Assembly (NCBI GenBank): GCA_011049425.1
Contig: DSBM01000125.1
Coordinates: 1,553 to 65,552, forward strand
Origin: Candidatus Aminicenantes bacterium
Lineage (GTDB): Bacteria > Acidobacteriota > Aminicenantia > UBA2199
Direction: 5' to 3'
DNA length: 64,000 nucleotides
Made by a program: the position numbers and the translations under genes. The notes under the pieces are model-generated. The model worked only from the letters and a program-made list of their open reading frames with translations, ran no database searches and was not told where the DNA came from. This document shows, in pieces, positions 28,372 to 38,004 of this stretch; the stretch's first letter is position 1, and the number at the start of each line of letters is the position of its first letter.

Positions 28372-29415
28372 ATGAAGTTCAATGCCTATTTCGTTGCCCT
28401 GAAGCACGAAGAACTTCATTTCACGGGCAGGGTTTCACTGGGGAACAGCAACCTGCAGGCAACCTTCACTCGTGTAGATACGGGGCTGTATACCGCGCAT
28501 TTTAAACAGCAGATCTTTCTGCGGCACCACCAGTTTATGCGCCTGGGTAACCGCGATATCCCCGGTGACGTTCTATTGCCGGTATTGTCCAAGTACAACA
28601 AGCGCAAATTGCGCAAGATTGCTCATATCCTGCAAACCCATCCCGATCCGGATCCCGGCCAAATCGTTCTTCTTTTGCTTGAGGTCGACCGCTTTCTGGA
28701 AGCCGGGCTCATTCTGGACTTCTATGCCATTTCACATGCAGAAATGTTGCAACGCCTAGTTCAATCTGAATTGCGTGGTGAATTGAAACTCATCGAAACC
28801 CTGCCTTTGCTGGTCACATCCCAGGACAGTTTGGCGCGCTTGCGCAAATCCATGAGGGAGTGGCTGGAAGCCAAGCGGGAAAAAAGCACCCGAGCCATCC
28901 CCCTGACGCATTTGGAATTTCACCTGAAGATCCCGCATTCTTCACTGCTCTTTCGCTACCTTTTGTTTCCTGAAACCCAATCCGGGACATTTCGCCTCCT
29001 GGACGATCAGATCACATTCCCGCGCCAGGGTTTATCAGTGAAAGAAAAAGAAAATATCCGCTTGATCGAGGAAGAGGTCCAACGCCGGCACAAAGTGGTG
29101 TTTTCCATCGACGATCTGCTGCACACGTCGGGGTTATCATATCCTTCGATCAACAGTGCGTTGTGGTTCCTCTTAAACGAAGAACAGGTCGTGCGACTGA
29201 ACGAGCGGGATTTTGTTTTTCAAGCGGATCTGGCCAAAATCATCAACCGCCTGAAAAAATTCAAACGCAACCAGGGAGATATGATCGACATCGCCACATT
29301 CCGTGAATTGACCGCTTTGAGTCGGCGCGCCATTATCCCCTTACTGGAATACATGGACACACGCCAGATCACGGCACGAACGGGTGACCGCCGCAGAATC
29401 CTTTTAACCGTATAA
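28372..29415 (+). CDS. SelB C-terminal-domain protein lacking the GTPase domain
   Basis: C-terminus IDIATFRELTALSRRAIIPLLEYMDTRQITARTGDRR matches the SelB WH4 SECIS-binding motif; no GHVDHGK P-loop in 347 aa. Confidence 0.75.
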   Translation: MKFNAYFVALKHEELHFTGRVSLGNSNLQATFTRVDTGLYTAHFKQQIFLRHHQFMRLGNRDIPGDVLLPVLSKYNKRKLRKIAHILQTHPDPDPGQIVLLLLEVDRFLEAGLILDFYAISHAEMLQRLVQSELRGELKLIETLPLLVTSQDSLARLRKSMREWLEAKREKSTRAIPLTHLEFHLKIPHSSLLFRYLLFPETQSGTFRLLDDQITFPRQGLSVKEKENIRLIEEEVQRRHKVVFSIDDLLHTSGLSYPSINSALWFLLNEEQVVRLNERDFVFQADLAKIINRLKKFKRNQGDMIDIATFRELTALSRRAIIPLLEYMDTRQITARTGDRRRILLTV

Positions 29416-29435
29416 TTCAAAAATCAGATAAACGC

Positions 29436-30434
29436 CTATTGGTTTAAACGGGTTTTGGCCGCAGCCAGAACAGAGTTAAATCCCTGATCCTGATCTTCCT
29501 GGGTCTGCCCCTTCGTCTTGACATTGTAGTAGAGGTGGCGGAGCAGTTTATATACCCGGGACTGCGTCGATGGATTCATCTGGTAGGCCTCGGAGAGATA
29601 GCGGATGGCCTTGTCCACGTCTTTAGACTGGGAAAGAACCGCTATGTTGTAAGCGGTCTTGATATTGCGCCGGATTTTGTAGGCCTGTTCCAGGTAGTTG
29701 ATGGCCTTGTCTTTATTGCCCATCTTTGAATACCATACGGCCAGGGCACTGATGTAGCGGGTATTATCGGACTCTTTCTCCACCAGTTGTTCCATGATTG
29801 AAACCGCCTCTTGTTTGCGGTTGAGGTTAAACAAACCGTTGCAAAGAGAGAACAGCAGGTCGGCATTCTTGCGCACTGGTTCCACGTTATAGGCTTCCAG
29901 CCCCTTGCGGGCGGCCTGGGAGATCATTTCCGGATCGTCTTTTCCCCGGGCATACAGGGTTTGAATTTGAATGCGCAGGGCCGGGGCGATGTATTGCTTG
30001 TCATACTTTCCGTGGGAATCTTTGCCCTCACTGGCCTTTAATTCCCCGGCCAGGGCGATTACCTGTTCCGCATACGCATGGGCTTTCTCCAAGTCCGTCT
30101 TGGTGACGTTGTAGGAATTGGACAGCCACAAGCACAGGTTGAGTTTGTTTTTCAGATCCAGGTCTTTATGGGTCAGGGCTTTCTCTCCGAACGCAATGGT
30201 CTTCTCAAACTGTTTTAACTGGTAAGTCGTCAGGGCCAGATTCAAATAGAGCAGACGGGCCCGCTCGTCCTGGTCCTGGCCGAATTTGCTTTCATATTCC
30301 TGGAGCAGGGTCAGTTTGGCTTCCAGATTGTTTTCCTGACTGATCCTGGACCACAAATCCTGTTTTTCATCCGCCAACAAAAAAAACGATGATATCATCA
30401 TAATGATCAATAGCAACACAAATTGTTTTTTCAT
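29436..30434 (-). CDS. Exported tetratricopeptide-repeat protein
   Basis: Signal peptide, SD GGAGG, several TPR-like repeats (e.g. ALAVWYSKMGNKDKAINYLEQAY). Confidence 0.8.
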   Translation of the reverse strand: MKKQFVLLLIIMMISSFFLLADEKQDLWSRISQENNLEAKLTLLQEYESKFGQDQDERARLLYLNLALTTYQLKQFEKTIAFGEKALTHKDLDLKNKLNLCLWLSNSYNVTKTDLEKAHAYAEQVIALAGELKASEGKDSHGKYDKQYIAPALRIQIQTLYARGKDDPEMISQAARKGLEAYNVEPVRKNADLLFSLCNGLFNLNRKQEAVSIMEQLVEKESDNTRYISALAVWYSKMGNKDKAINYLEQAYKIRRNIKTAYNIAVLSQSKDVDKAIRYLSEAYQMNPSTQSRVYKLLRHLYYNVKTKGQTQEDQDQGFNSVLAAAKTRLNQ

Positions 30435-30540
30435 ATGGAATCCTCCACAGAGCAGACTGAATCCGCCAAGATTTCCTTTGAAAAATAATTATATAAGTTG
30501 ATCGCTGGAAATGTCAAGGGTTTCCAAAGCACGGCACTGC

Positions 30541-30569
30541 TTGAAATTTCCCCGGGGGTGTGCTAGTTT
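30541..30569 (+). promoter_or_regulatory. sigma70-type promoter for the gcv-glyQS operon
   Basis: TTGAAA-17 nt-TAGTTT with extended -10 TG. Confidence 0.5.
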
Positions 30570-30641
30570 TGGATCAGAATTGCAACGGATGGATCCGAGG
30601 CTTCTAGAGTGCCGTCCGGTCCGGATCGTGTGGAGATGATT

Positions 30642-31736
30642 ATGAAGAAAACCCGAATCAACCATGCCCATTACCAGTTAAACGGGAAGATGGTGGATTT
30701 TGCCGGCTGGGACCTTCCGGTTCAGTACTCCGGTGTCAAAGAGGAACACCTCGCTGTTCGTCATACCGGAGGAATCTTTGACGTCAGCCATATGGGTGAA
30801 ATCTTTTTGCGCGGCCCGCAGGCCCTGGATGCCGTGCAATACATATCTTCCAACAACGCCGCCCGGCTCGAACCCGGCCGTATTCAATATTCCGGCCTTC
30901 TCACCGAAAAAGGCTGTTTTGTGGATGACATGCTGGTTCACAAATTGTCCGATTCCGAATATTTGCTGGTGGTGAACGCGGCCAACCTGGAGAAAGATGC
31001 GGCATGGATCCGCGAAAAAACAGAGACTTTTAATGTGGAAATCCATAATGAGAGTGAAGAGTACTCCCAGATTGCCATCCAGGGACCCAAAGCCCGGGTG
31101 CTGCTGTCGCAATTTACAGAAGCCGACCTCCAAAAGATCAGGTACTACTCTTTTGTTTTTACTGAAATTCAGGGCGTTGCCGCGCTGATATCGCGTACGG
31201 GTTACACCGGCGAAGATGGATTTGAAGTGTACTTTAAATCCGATGAAGCGTTCGCAACCTCCCTTTTCCTGGACTTCGTCCGCCAGGGGGAATCCCTGGG
31301 AATTGTCCCCGCCGGCCTTGGAGCCCGCGACACCCTGAGGCTGGAAGCCGGTATGGCGCTCTACGGAAACGACATCGATGACAGCCATACCGTGCTGGAA
31401 GCGGGACTGGGCTGGATCTTGAAATTCAAGAAAAAAGATTTCATCGGCCGCGATGTGCTCTTGCGCCAGAAAGAAGAAGGCATCCAGCGCCGCCTGGCCG
31501 GATTTGAGGTTTTTGGACGGGGCATCGCCCGCCATGGTTACCCCGTATTGTGGCAGGGAAAAGAGTTTTCACAGGTAACCAGCGGTACCATGGCCCCTTT
31601 TCTGAATAAAGCCATCGGCATGACATATCTGCCGCCCGAGGCCACCGAACCCGGAACACGGTTTCATATCATGATCCACAACCGCGACGTGGAGGCCCGG
31701 GTCACAAAGATGCCTTTTTACCAGCGGGAGAGTTGA
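30642..31736 (+). CDS. gcvT: Glycine cleavage system aminomethyltransferase T
   Basis: MVDFAGWDLPVQY, FDVSHMGE, SRTGYTGEDGFE, GLGARDTLRLEAG..LYG. Start 30636 or 30642. Confidence 0.97.
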   Translation: MKKTRINHAHYQLNGKMVDFAGWDLPVQYSGVKEEHLAVRHTGGIFDVSHMGEIFLRGPQALDAVQYISSNNAARLEPGRIQYSGLLTEKGCFVDDMLVHKLSDSEYLLVVNAANLEKDAAWIREKTETFNVEIHNESEEYSQIAIQGPKARVLLSQFTEADLQKIRYYSFVFTEIQGVAALISRTGYTGEDGFEVYFKSDEAFATSLFLDFVRQGESLGIVPAGLGARDTLRLEAGMALYGNDIDDSHTVLEAGLGWILKFKKKDFIGRDVLLRQKEEGIQRRLAGFEVFGRGIARHGYPVLWQGKEFSQVTSGTMAPFLNKAIGMTYLPPEATEPGTRFHIMIHNRDVEARVTKMPFYQRES

Positions 31737-31833
31737 TGCGGGAAACTTCGGGGAGTTGCCATGCAACCTGTATCCGCGGCAAGTCCCGCACAAAAATATA
31801 GCTGAAAAAAAAATTCAGGTTAGGAGAAAAAAA

Positions 31834-32208
31834 ATGAGTGCTGACGCCTTGAAATTCACCAAGGATCACGAATGGGTCCGATTGGAAGGTGACATCGCGG
31901 TAATGGGCATCTCTGAGCATGCCCAACACGAATTGGGCGATGTGGTTTATGTGGAACTCCCGGCCGTGGGCGATTCCATCAAGCGCGGAGATGCCTTGGC
32001 CAATGTGGAGTCGGTCAAAGCCGTTAGCGACGTCTACGCTCCGGTAAGCGGTGAAATCGTCGCGGTTAACGAAAACCTGGAAGACCACCCCGAACAGATC
32101 AACAAGGATGCCGAAGGCGGCGGCTGGATCGCCAAGATCAAGATTTCCGATGCAGCGGAACTGGACGAGTTGATGCCGGCGGAAGATTACCGGAAAATGA
32201 TTTCCTGA
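31834..32208 (+). CDS. gcvH: Glycine cleavage system H protein
   Basis: HEWV, LGDVVYVELP, lipoyl motif VESVKAVSD; SD AGGAG. Confidence 0.97.
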   Translation: MSADALKFTKDHEWVRLEGDIAVMGISEHAQHELGDVVYVELPAVGDSIKRGDALANVESVKAVSDVYAPVSGEIVAVNENLEDHPEQINKDAEGGGWIAKIKISDAAELDELMPAEDYRKMIS

Positions 32209-32223
32209 CTAGAGGAGAACGCC

Positions 32224-33573
32224 ATGAGGTTCCTGCCATTGACGGATGCTGACCGGGAATCGATGCACAACTGCCTGGGAATCAAGGATTCGGCGCAGTT
32301 ATTTGCCGATATTCCAGATAAATTCCGCTTTCCCCCCCTGAACGAGATTCCTGAAGCCTTAAGTGAGAACCGCCTGCTGGAACGATTCCGTGAACTTGCC
32401 GCGGCCAACCGTCACGATGAATATCTGCCATTCCTCGGTGCCGGTGCTTACCGCCATTTCATTCCGGAAGTCGTGTCACTTCTCAGCGCCAAGGGAGAAT
32501 TTCTGACACCCTATACCCCTTATCAACCTGAGGTCAGTCAGGGAAGCCTGCAAGCCATTTTTGAGTACCAGACCATGATCACGCAGCTCACCGGGATGGA
32601 CCTTTCGAATGCATCTCTCTATGACGGCGGCACCGCGGCGGCGGAAGCCCTGTTGCTGATGCAACGAAAATCCCGGCGTCCCCGTATCCTGGTGGCGGAA
32701 AGCCTGCACCCCGAATACAGGGAAATCATTCAATCGTATATCCAGAATCTGGGCATTCAGACGGAAACCGTGCCTATGGATCCAGCCACCGCCCGTGTGG
32801 ACCTGGAAAAGTTGAAAGCCCTGCTGAATCCGGAAACCGGGGGATTAATCTTTCAGTCTCCCAATTTCTTCGGTGTCATCGAGGAATCCGCGGCCATTGC
32901 GGAACTCACGCATTCAGTTGACGCCTACGCCGCCCAAATCGTAACCGAAGCCATGTCACTGGCGTTTCTCAAGCCGCCGGGTGAACTCGGTGTCGACCTT
33001 GTAGCCGGTGAAGCCCAGAGTTTCGGTTTGCCGCTGGGATTCGGCGGCCCATACCTGGGATTCATGGCAACCAAAACGGAATTTCTGCGTCAGCTTCCCG
33101 GCCGCATCGTCGGTGAAACGAAAGACCTGGAAGGGCGCCGCGGCTACGTGCTCACCCTCTCGACCCGTGAGCAGCACATCAAACGTGAACGAGCCACGTC
33201 AAACATCTGTACCAACCAGGCCTGGTGCGCAGTGCGAGCCGCCATGTACATGGCCACCATGGGGCACGACGGTTTAATCAACATCGCCCAGACCAATCAC
33301 ACCAACACCTCCTACTTCGCGGACCGGGTAAACTCCCTGCCAAACATGGAGTTGGTGTTCCCGCGCAATTTCTTTAACGAAGTGGTGGTGCGGGTTAAAA
33401 ACAGGCACGTAGACGACCTGCTTTCCCAGTTGGAAAGCCACCGCATTCTGGGAGGCGTGCCATTGCAGTGGTTTGCCCCGGACTACGCGGATTGCCTGCT
33501 GATCAACATCACGGAGATGCACCGGAAAAGCGAAATTGACCGCCTGCTGAACGCCATGGGAGGTACGCTGTGA
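32224..33573 (+). CDS. gcvPA: Glycine dehydrogenase subunit 1
   Basis: FLGAGAY, YTPYQPEVSQG, NASLYDG, TREQHIKRERATSNICTNQ. Confidence 0.96.
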   Translation: MRFLPLTDADRESMHNCLGIKDSAQLFADIPDKFRFPPLNEIPEALSENRLLERFRELAAANRHDEYLPFLGAGAYRHFIPEVVSLLSAKGEFLTPYTPYQPEVSQGSLQAIFEYQTMITQLTGMDLSNASLYDGGTAAAEALLLMQRKSRRPRILVAESLHPEYREIIQSYIQNLGIQTETVPMDPATARVDLEKLKALLNPETGGLIFQSPNFFGVIEESAAIAELTHSVDAYAAQIVTEAMSLAFLKPPGELGVDLVAGEAQSFGLPLGFGGPYLGFMATKTEFLRQLPGRIVGETKDLEGRRGYVLTLSTREQHIKRERATSNICTNQAWCAVRAAMYMATMGHDGLINIAQTNHTNTSYFADRVNSLPNMELVFPRNFFNEVVVRVKNRHVDDLLSQLESHRILGGVPLQWFAPDYADCLLINITEMHRKSEIDRLLNAMGGTL

Positions 33574-35015
33574 ACACCCTGCCCGAACTGTTGTTTGACA
33601 AGAGCCGACGCGGAAAGATCGGTTACTCTTTTGACTCCGATCCCATGCCGGAAACAAAGGAATATGTGGATCCTGAACTGCAGCGAAGCGACATTCACGG
33701 TTTCCCCAGTTTATCGGAAGTCGAGATCGTGCGCCACTACACCAACCTGAGCCACCTCAACCACTCCGTGGATTCGGGATTCTACCCCCTGGGGTCCTGT
33801 ACCATGAAGTACAATCCCAAAGTCAACGAAACCATAGCCGCCATACCTTCATTTACAAACGCACACCCATACACACCCCACCATCTGGTAAAAGGCAATA
33901 TCGATATCATGCGCGATCTGGAGGCCCGGCTGTGCGCAATCACGGGAATGAAGGCCTTCTCACTGGCCCCGGCGGCAGGCGCCCACGGCGAATTGACTGG
34001 AATGATGATAATCCGGCGCTGCTTGAGCGATCGTGGGAATCCCCGCCGTATCGTGTTGATCCCTGACTCCGCTCACGGAACAAACCCCGCGTCCGCCCAT
34101 TTCGCCGGATACAGTGTAAAAGAGATCCCATCGGGTCCGGACGGCGTACTTGAGCCCGAAGCCCTCAAGGCGCATCTGGACAAGGATGTCGCCGCTCTAA
34201 TGCTGACCAATCCCAATACACTGGGAATATTTGAACGGCACATATGTGAACTTGCGGCGGCCCTGCATGATAACGGCTCCATGCTGTATATGGACGGCGC
34301 AAACATGAACGCGCTGCTGGGCATCGTCCGCCCCGGGGACTTGGGTGTAGACGTCCTGCACTTGAACCTGCACAAGACTTTTGCTACGCCTCATGGCGGC
34401 GGAGGACCGGGATCCGGACCCGTCGGCGTGGCCGAACACCTGGCGCCTTTCCTGCCTCCACCCGTGATTCCCGCAGCGGACGGCTCTCGCCCCCGCTACC
34501 ACATCCCCGACACCATCGGACGCATCAAGAATTTCTACGGAAATTTCCTGGTCATGGTCCGCGCCCTGGCCTACCTGATGAGCCTGGGGCGCCATGGCCT
34601 GCGCCTTGTCGCTGAAGATGCCGTGCTGAACGCAAACTACATCCGCTGCCGCCTCAGTGAAGTGTTGGACCTTCCTTATCAATCCCGCACCCTGCACGAA
34701 GTCGTGTTCTCTGATAAAGACTTACCCGTGTCAACCCTGGATATCGCCAAACGCCTGCTGGATTACGGCATTCATCCCTTTACCATTTACTTCCCGCTGA
34801 TTGTTCGCGGCGCCATGATGATCGAACCCACGGAAACAGAAAGCCTGGAAACCCTTGACCGTTTTATAGCCGCCATGAAAGAGATCCTGGCGGAAGCGGA
34901 AAATGATGCGGATACGGTACGCAATGCACCCCACAACACCCCGCTGCGTCGCCTGGATGAAGTTCAGGCCGCGCGCCATCCGGTATTGAGGTGGCAACCC
35001 CAGGAACAGGAATGA
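33570..35015 (+). CDS. gcvPB: Glycine dehydrogenase subunit 2
   Basis: PLGSCTMKYNP, AGAHGE, SAHGTNPAS, HLNLHKTF (PLP lysine), PHGGGGPG. Confidence 0.97.
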   Translation: MNTLPELLFDKSRRGKIGYSFDSDPMPETKEYVDPELQRSDIHGFPSLSEVEIVRHYTNLSHLNHSVDSGFYPLGSCTMKYNPKVNETIAAIPSFTNAHPYTPHHLVKGNIDIMRDLEARLCAITGMKAFSLAPAAGAHGELTGMMIIRRCLSDRGNPRRIVLIPDSAHGTNPASAHFAGYSVKEIPSGPDGVLEPEALKAHLDKDVAALMLTNPNTLGIFERHICELAAALHDNGSMLYMDGANMNALLGIVRPGDLGVDVLHLNLHKTFATPHGGGGPGSGPVGVAEHLAPFLPPPVIPAADGSRPRYHIPDTIGRIKNFYGNFLVMVRALAYLMSLGRHGLRLVAEDAVLNANYIRCRLSEVLDLPYQSRTLHEVVFSDKDLPVSTLDIAKRLLDYGIHPFTIYFPLIVRGAMMIEPTETESLETLDRFIAAMKEILAEAENDADTVRNAPHNTPLRRLDEVQAARHPVLRWQPQEQE

Positions 35016-35019
35016 GATC

Positions 35020-35898
35020 ATGAGCCTTCAGGATATCATCCTCAAACTTCAGGAATTCTGGTCCCTGAACGGCTGCGTAATTGCTTCAGGATATGACCTG
35101 GAAGTCGGCGCCGGCACCATGACCCCGGACACGTTCTTCCGCGTTCTGGGAACGCGCCCCTGGAAAGTCGCCTACTGGCAACCTTCGCGCCGCCCCGACG
35201 ACGGACGCTATGGAGACAATCCCAACCGCGTTCAAAAACACAACCAGTTCCAGGTCATCCTAAAGCCCATTCCCACTGATGGCCAATCCCTGTATCTCAA
35301 CAGCCTCTATCATCTGGGCGTAGATATCCGCAACCACGACATCAAGTTCGACGAAGACAACTGGGCGTCTCCATCACTGGGCGCCTGGGGAGTGGGTTGG
35401 CAGGTGATGTGTGACGGATTGGAAATCACCCAGTTCACCTATTTTCAGCAGGCCGGCGGCAAGGAGTTGAACCCCAATTCCCTTGAGATCACCTATGGCG
35501 TTGAGCGCCTGGCCAGTTTTCTGGATCGCAAAAGCAATATATACGACCTGGAATGGGGGCACAAAACCTCCTACCGCGATCTGCGCCATGAAGAAGAACG
35601 CCAGTTTTCCATTTACAACTTCGAAGCGGCAAACATTCCCATGCTGCGTGACACCTTCCGCATGTACCGCGACGAAGCTACGCACCTGGTGGAAAACGGC
35701 CTGTACCTGCCCGCTTATGACTACCTGCTCAAATGCTCTCACACCTTTAATATCATGGATGCCCGCAAGGCCATATCCGTGGCGGAGCGAACCACGCTTA
35801 TGGCGGAAATGCGCGACCTTGCCGGAGCCATTGCCGGCCTGTACCTGAAACGGATCCAGCCTCAGGCGGAACCCGGGGAGGGTGAACAGAATGGCTGA
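35020..35898 (+). CDS. glyQ: Glycine--tRNA ligase alpha subunit
   Basis: EVGAGT, PSRRP.DGRYGDNPNR, GLEITQFTYFQQ, EITYGVER, KCSHTFN. Confidence 0.97.
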   Translation: MSLQDIILKLQEFWSLNGCVIASGYDLEVGAGTMTPDTFFRVLGTRPWKVAYWQPSRRPDDGRYGDNPNRVQKHNQFQVILKPIPTDGQSLYLNSLYHLGVDIRNHDIKFDEDNWASPSLGAWGVGWQVMCDGLEITQFTYFQQAGGKELNPNSLEITYGVERLASFLDRKSNIYDLEWGHKTSYRDLRHEEERQFSIYNFEAANIPMLRDTFRMYRDEATHLVENGLYLPAYDYLLKCSHTFNIMDARKAISVAERTTLMAEMRDLAGAIAGLYLKRIQPQAEPGEGEQNG

Positions 35899-37963
35899 CT
35901 TTTTGTTTGAACTCGGCGTTGAAGAGGTTCCGGTATCCGAAGCTCCACGGATCCGCGACCAGTTGGCGGGCGCTTTCCGGATGGAACTTGAAAATGAGCA
36001 CCTGGGTATGGACACAATGGAAGTTGCGGCCACCAACCGGCGCTTCATGGTGTATATCACCGGCCTGCCTCATCAGGCAAGTGACCGCACTGAAGTCTTG
36101 ACCGGCCCATCCAAACGCATCGCCTACGATGATGCCGGGAACCCGGCCGTTCCCCTGCTCAAATTTCTGGAAGCCAACGGTACGGCCCTGGATGACGTTC
36201 AGGAAGTGGAAACCGCCAAAGGGGTGTATATGGCGGTTGAGCGCCGCCACAAAGGCCAGAAGTCCCAGCGCGTGTTCGAAAAAGCCATTCCACGAATCCT
36301 CGCCGGCCTGACCTTCCGCAAAGCCATGGTCTGGAACGATTCTCGAGTTGCTTTTATCCGGCCCATCCGCAACATACTGGCCATTCTGGACGGAGAGCTC
36401 ATTGCCGTGGAATTCGCCGGCATTCGATCCTCCCAGGAAATCGACGCCCATCCCCTGCTGGCTGAGGACAAACTGGAGATCCACTCTTACCGGGACTACA
36501 TCGAAAAACTGCACAAGAACTTCGTCATTGCCGCAGAGCGTGAACGGGAAAAGATCATCCTGCAGGATGCGATCTCGTTGGCTGCAGACCTTGAAACCAC
36601 CGTTGAAATCGATATGGACATGCTGCGGTACTATGTGTTTAACAACGAGTACCCCGTGGTATTTTCAGGGGAATTCGACCGCCGCTACCTGACCCTTCCC
36701 CAGGAGATCATTTCGGAATTCATGCGCAACGAGAAAAAGCTCCATCCCCTCCACGATAGTTCCGGACGCATGATCAACCACTTCATCGGCGTATCCAACG
36801 TGCCGGATGAACACCGGAATGTGGCTGGAGGCAACGAGAAAGTCATTAAGGCCACTTTCGAGGACGCATCCTTTTTCTGGGAATCCGACCGCACGGAAGA
36901 TTTCCCCGTCCTGCGCGAAAAACTCTCCGCCCTGGTATTCCACGAAGGACTGGGCTCTTTTCAGGATAAGTCCAGCCGCATTCAGACCCTGGTTGCATAT
37001 CTTTGCCGTCTGACAAACAACAACTCCATGACCGAAGACCTCAAAAAAGCCGCGGAATGGTGCAAAAACGACTTGGTCACCCGCATGGTGGGCGAGTTCC
37101 CCTCTCTTCAGGGCATCATGGGCGGTCTTTACTTGAGGGAAACCGGGGTTTCCGAGTCGATCTGGCGCCCGGTCTACGCTCATTATGAACCTCGGGGTTT
37201 CACACAGGATCCCATCAACCACCTGGGTGGTGGTTTGTTGTCCATCTGCGACAAGATCGACAACATCACCGCTTTCTTATCCAAAGGCATCCGCTCATCC
37301 AGCTCCAGCGATCCCTACGGCATCCGCCGGGACGCCAATGCCGTTATCAAAGTGATCCTGGACCTGGGTCTGGATTTCAGCCTTTCAGACCTGATCGGGC
37401 ATGCCTGCAACTTGCTGGTGACGGATGAAACCGAAAGAAATATCCTGATGCGGAAGGTGGAGAACCTCTTCTACATCCGCCTGGATAACATCATGCGTGA
37501 AAATCTGGCCATCCGGCACGATGTGGCCGAAGCCGTCATTACCAATGCGAATCTGCAGATCTATCGCCTTTATCTTAAAACGCTTGAGATCTCGGAAATG
37601 CTCGGCACCCCCGCGATTCAGCCCTTGGTGATCCTGCACAAACGGGTAAAGAACATCTCTCGAAGCGATGACGAAGTGGGAGATGTGGTCCCGGAACAGC
37701 TTCAGGACCAGGAAGAAAAGGTGCTTTACGAGACCCTGAGGCAAACGGAACCCACCATCCACCGCCACCTGGAACTGCGGGAATTTCGAGCCGTGGCCGC
37801 GGAAATCCTGCAAATGAAGCCGTTGATCGACAATTTCTTTGATAACGTCCTGGTCATGGCCAAGCAAGAGGATCTGCGGCGCAACCGCATCGCCCTGGTG
37901 CGCAAGATCGATCATACCCTGATGCAGGTGGCTGATTTCAGCCGTATCATGGAATCCGAGTGA
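35891..37963 (+). CDS. glyS: Glycine--tRNA ligase beta subunit
   Basis: LFELGVEE, FIRPI, GNEKV, DLVTRMVGEFPSLQGIMG, DPYGIRR, FFDNVLVM...RRNR. Confidence 0.95.
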   Translation: MADFLFELGVEEVPVSEAPRIRDQLAGAFRMELENEHLGMDTMEVAATNRRFMVYITGLPHQASDRTEVLTGPSKRIAYDDAGNPAVPLLKFLEANGTALDDVQEVETAKGVYMAVERRHKGQKSQRVFEKAIPRILAGLTFRKAMVWNDSRVAFIRPIRNILAILDGELIAVEFAGIRSSQEIDAHPLLAEDKLEIHSYRDYIEKLHKNFVIAAEREREKIILQDAISLAADLETTVEIDMDMLRYYVFNNEYPVVFSGEFDRRYLTLPQEIISEFMRNEKKLHPLHDSSGRMINHFIGVSNVPDEHRNVAGGNEKVIKATFEDASFFWESDRTEDFPVLREKLSALVFHEGLGSFQDKSSRIQTLVAYLCRLTNNNSMTEDLKKAAEWCKNDLVTRMVGEFPSLQGIMGGLYLRETGVSESIWRPVYAHYEPRGFTQDPINHLGGGLLSICDKIDNITAFLSKGIRSSSSSDPYGIRRDANAVIKVILDLGLDFSLSDLIGHACNLLVTDETERNILMRKVENLFYIRLDNIMRENLAIRHDVAEAVITNANLQIYRLYLKTLEISEMLGTPAIQPLVILHKRVKNISRSDDEVGDVVPEQLQDQEEKVLYETLRQTEPTIHRHLELREFRAVAAEILQMKPLIDNFFDNVLVMAKQEDLRRNRIALVRKIDHTLMQVADFSRIMESE

Positions 37964-38004
37964 GCCGCTGAGAATCTCTCCAGAAGCTCGTAAAGGAGGT
38001 GTCC

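Noticed and set aside
28197-28505. 102-aa ORF, considered as a missing SelB N-terminus or frameshift partner
   Set aside because: It overlaps the promoter and tRNA-His and has no GTPase motifs.
30570-30641. Glycine riboswitch upstream of gcvT
   Set aside because: The leader is too short and lacks the GGAGA/CCGAAG/CTCTCAGG aptamer arrangement; only a simple hairpin is present.
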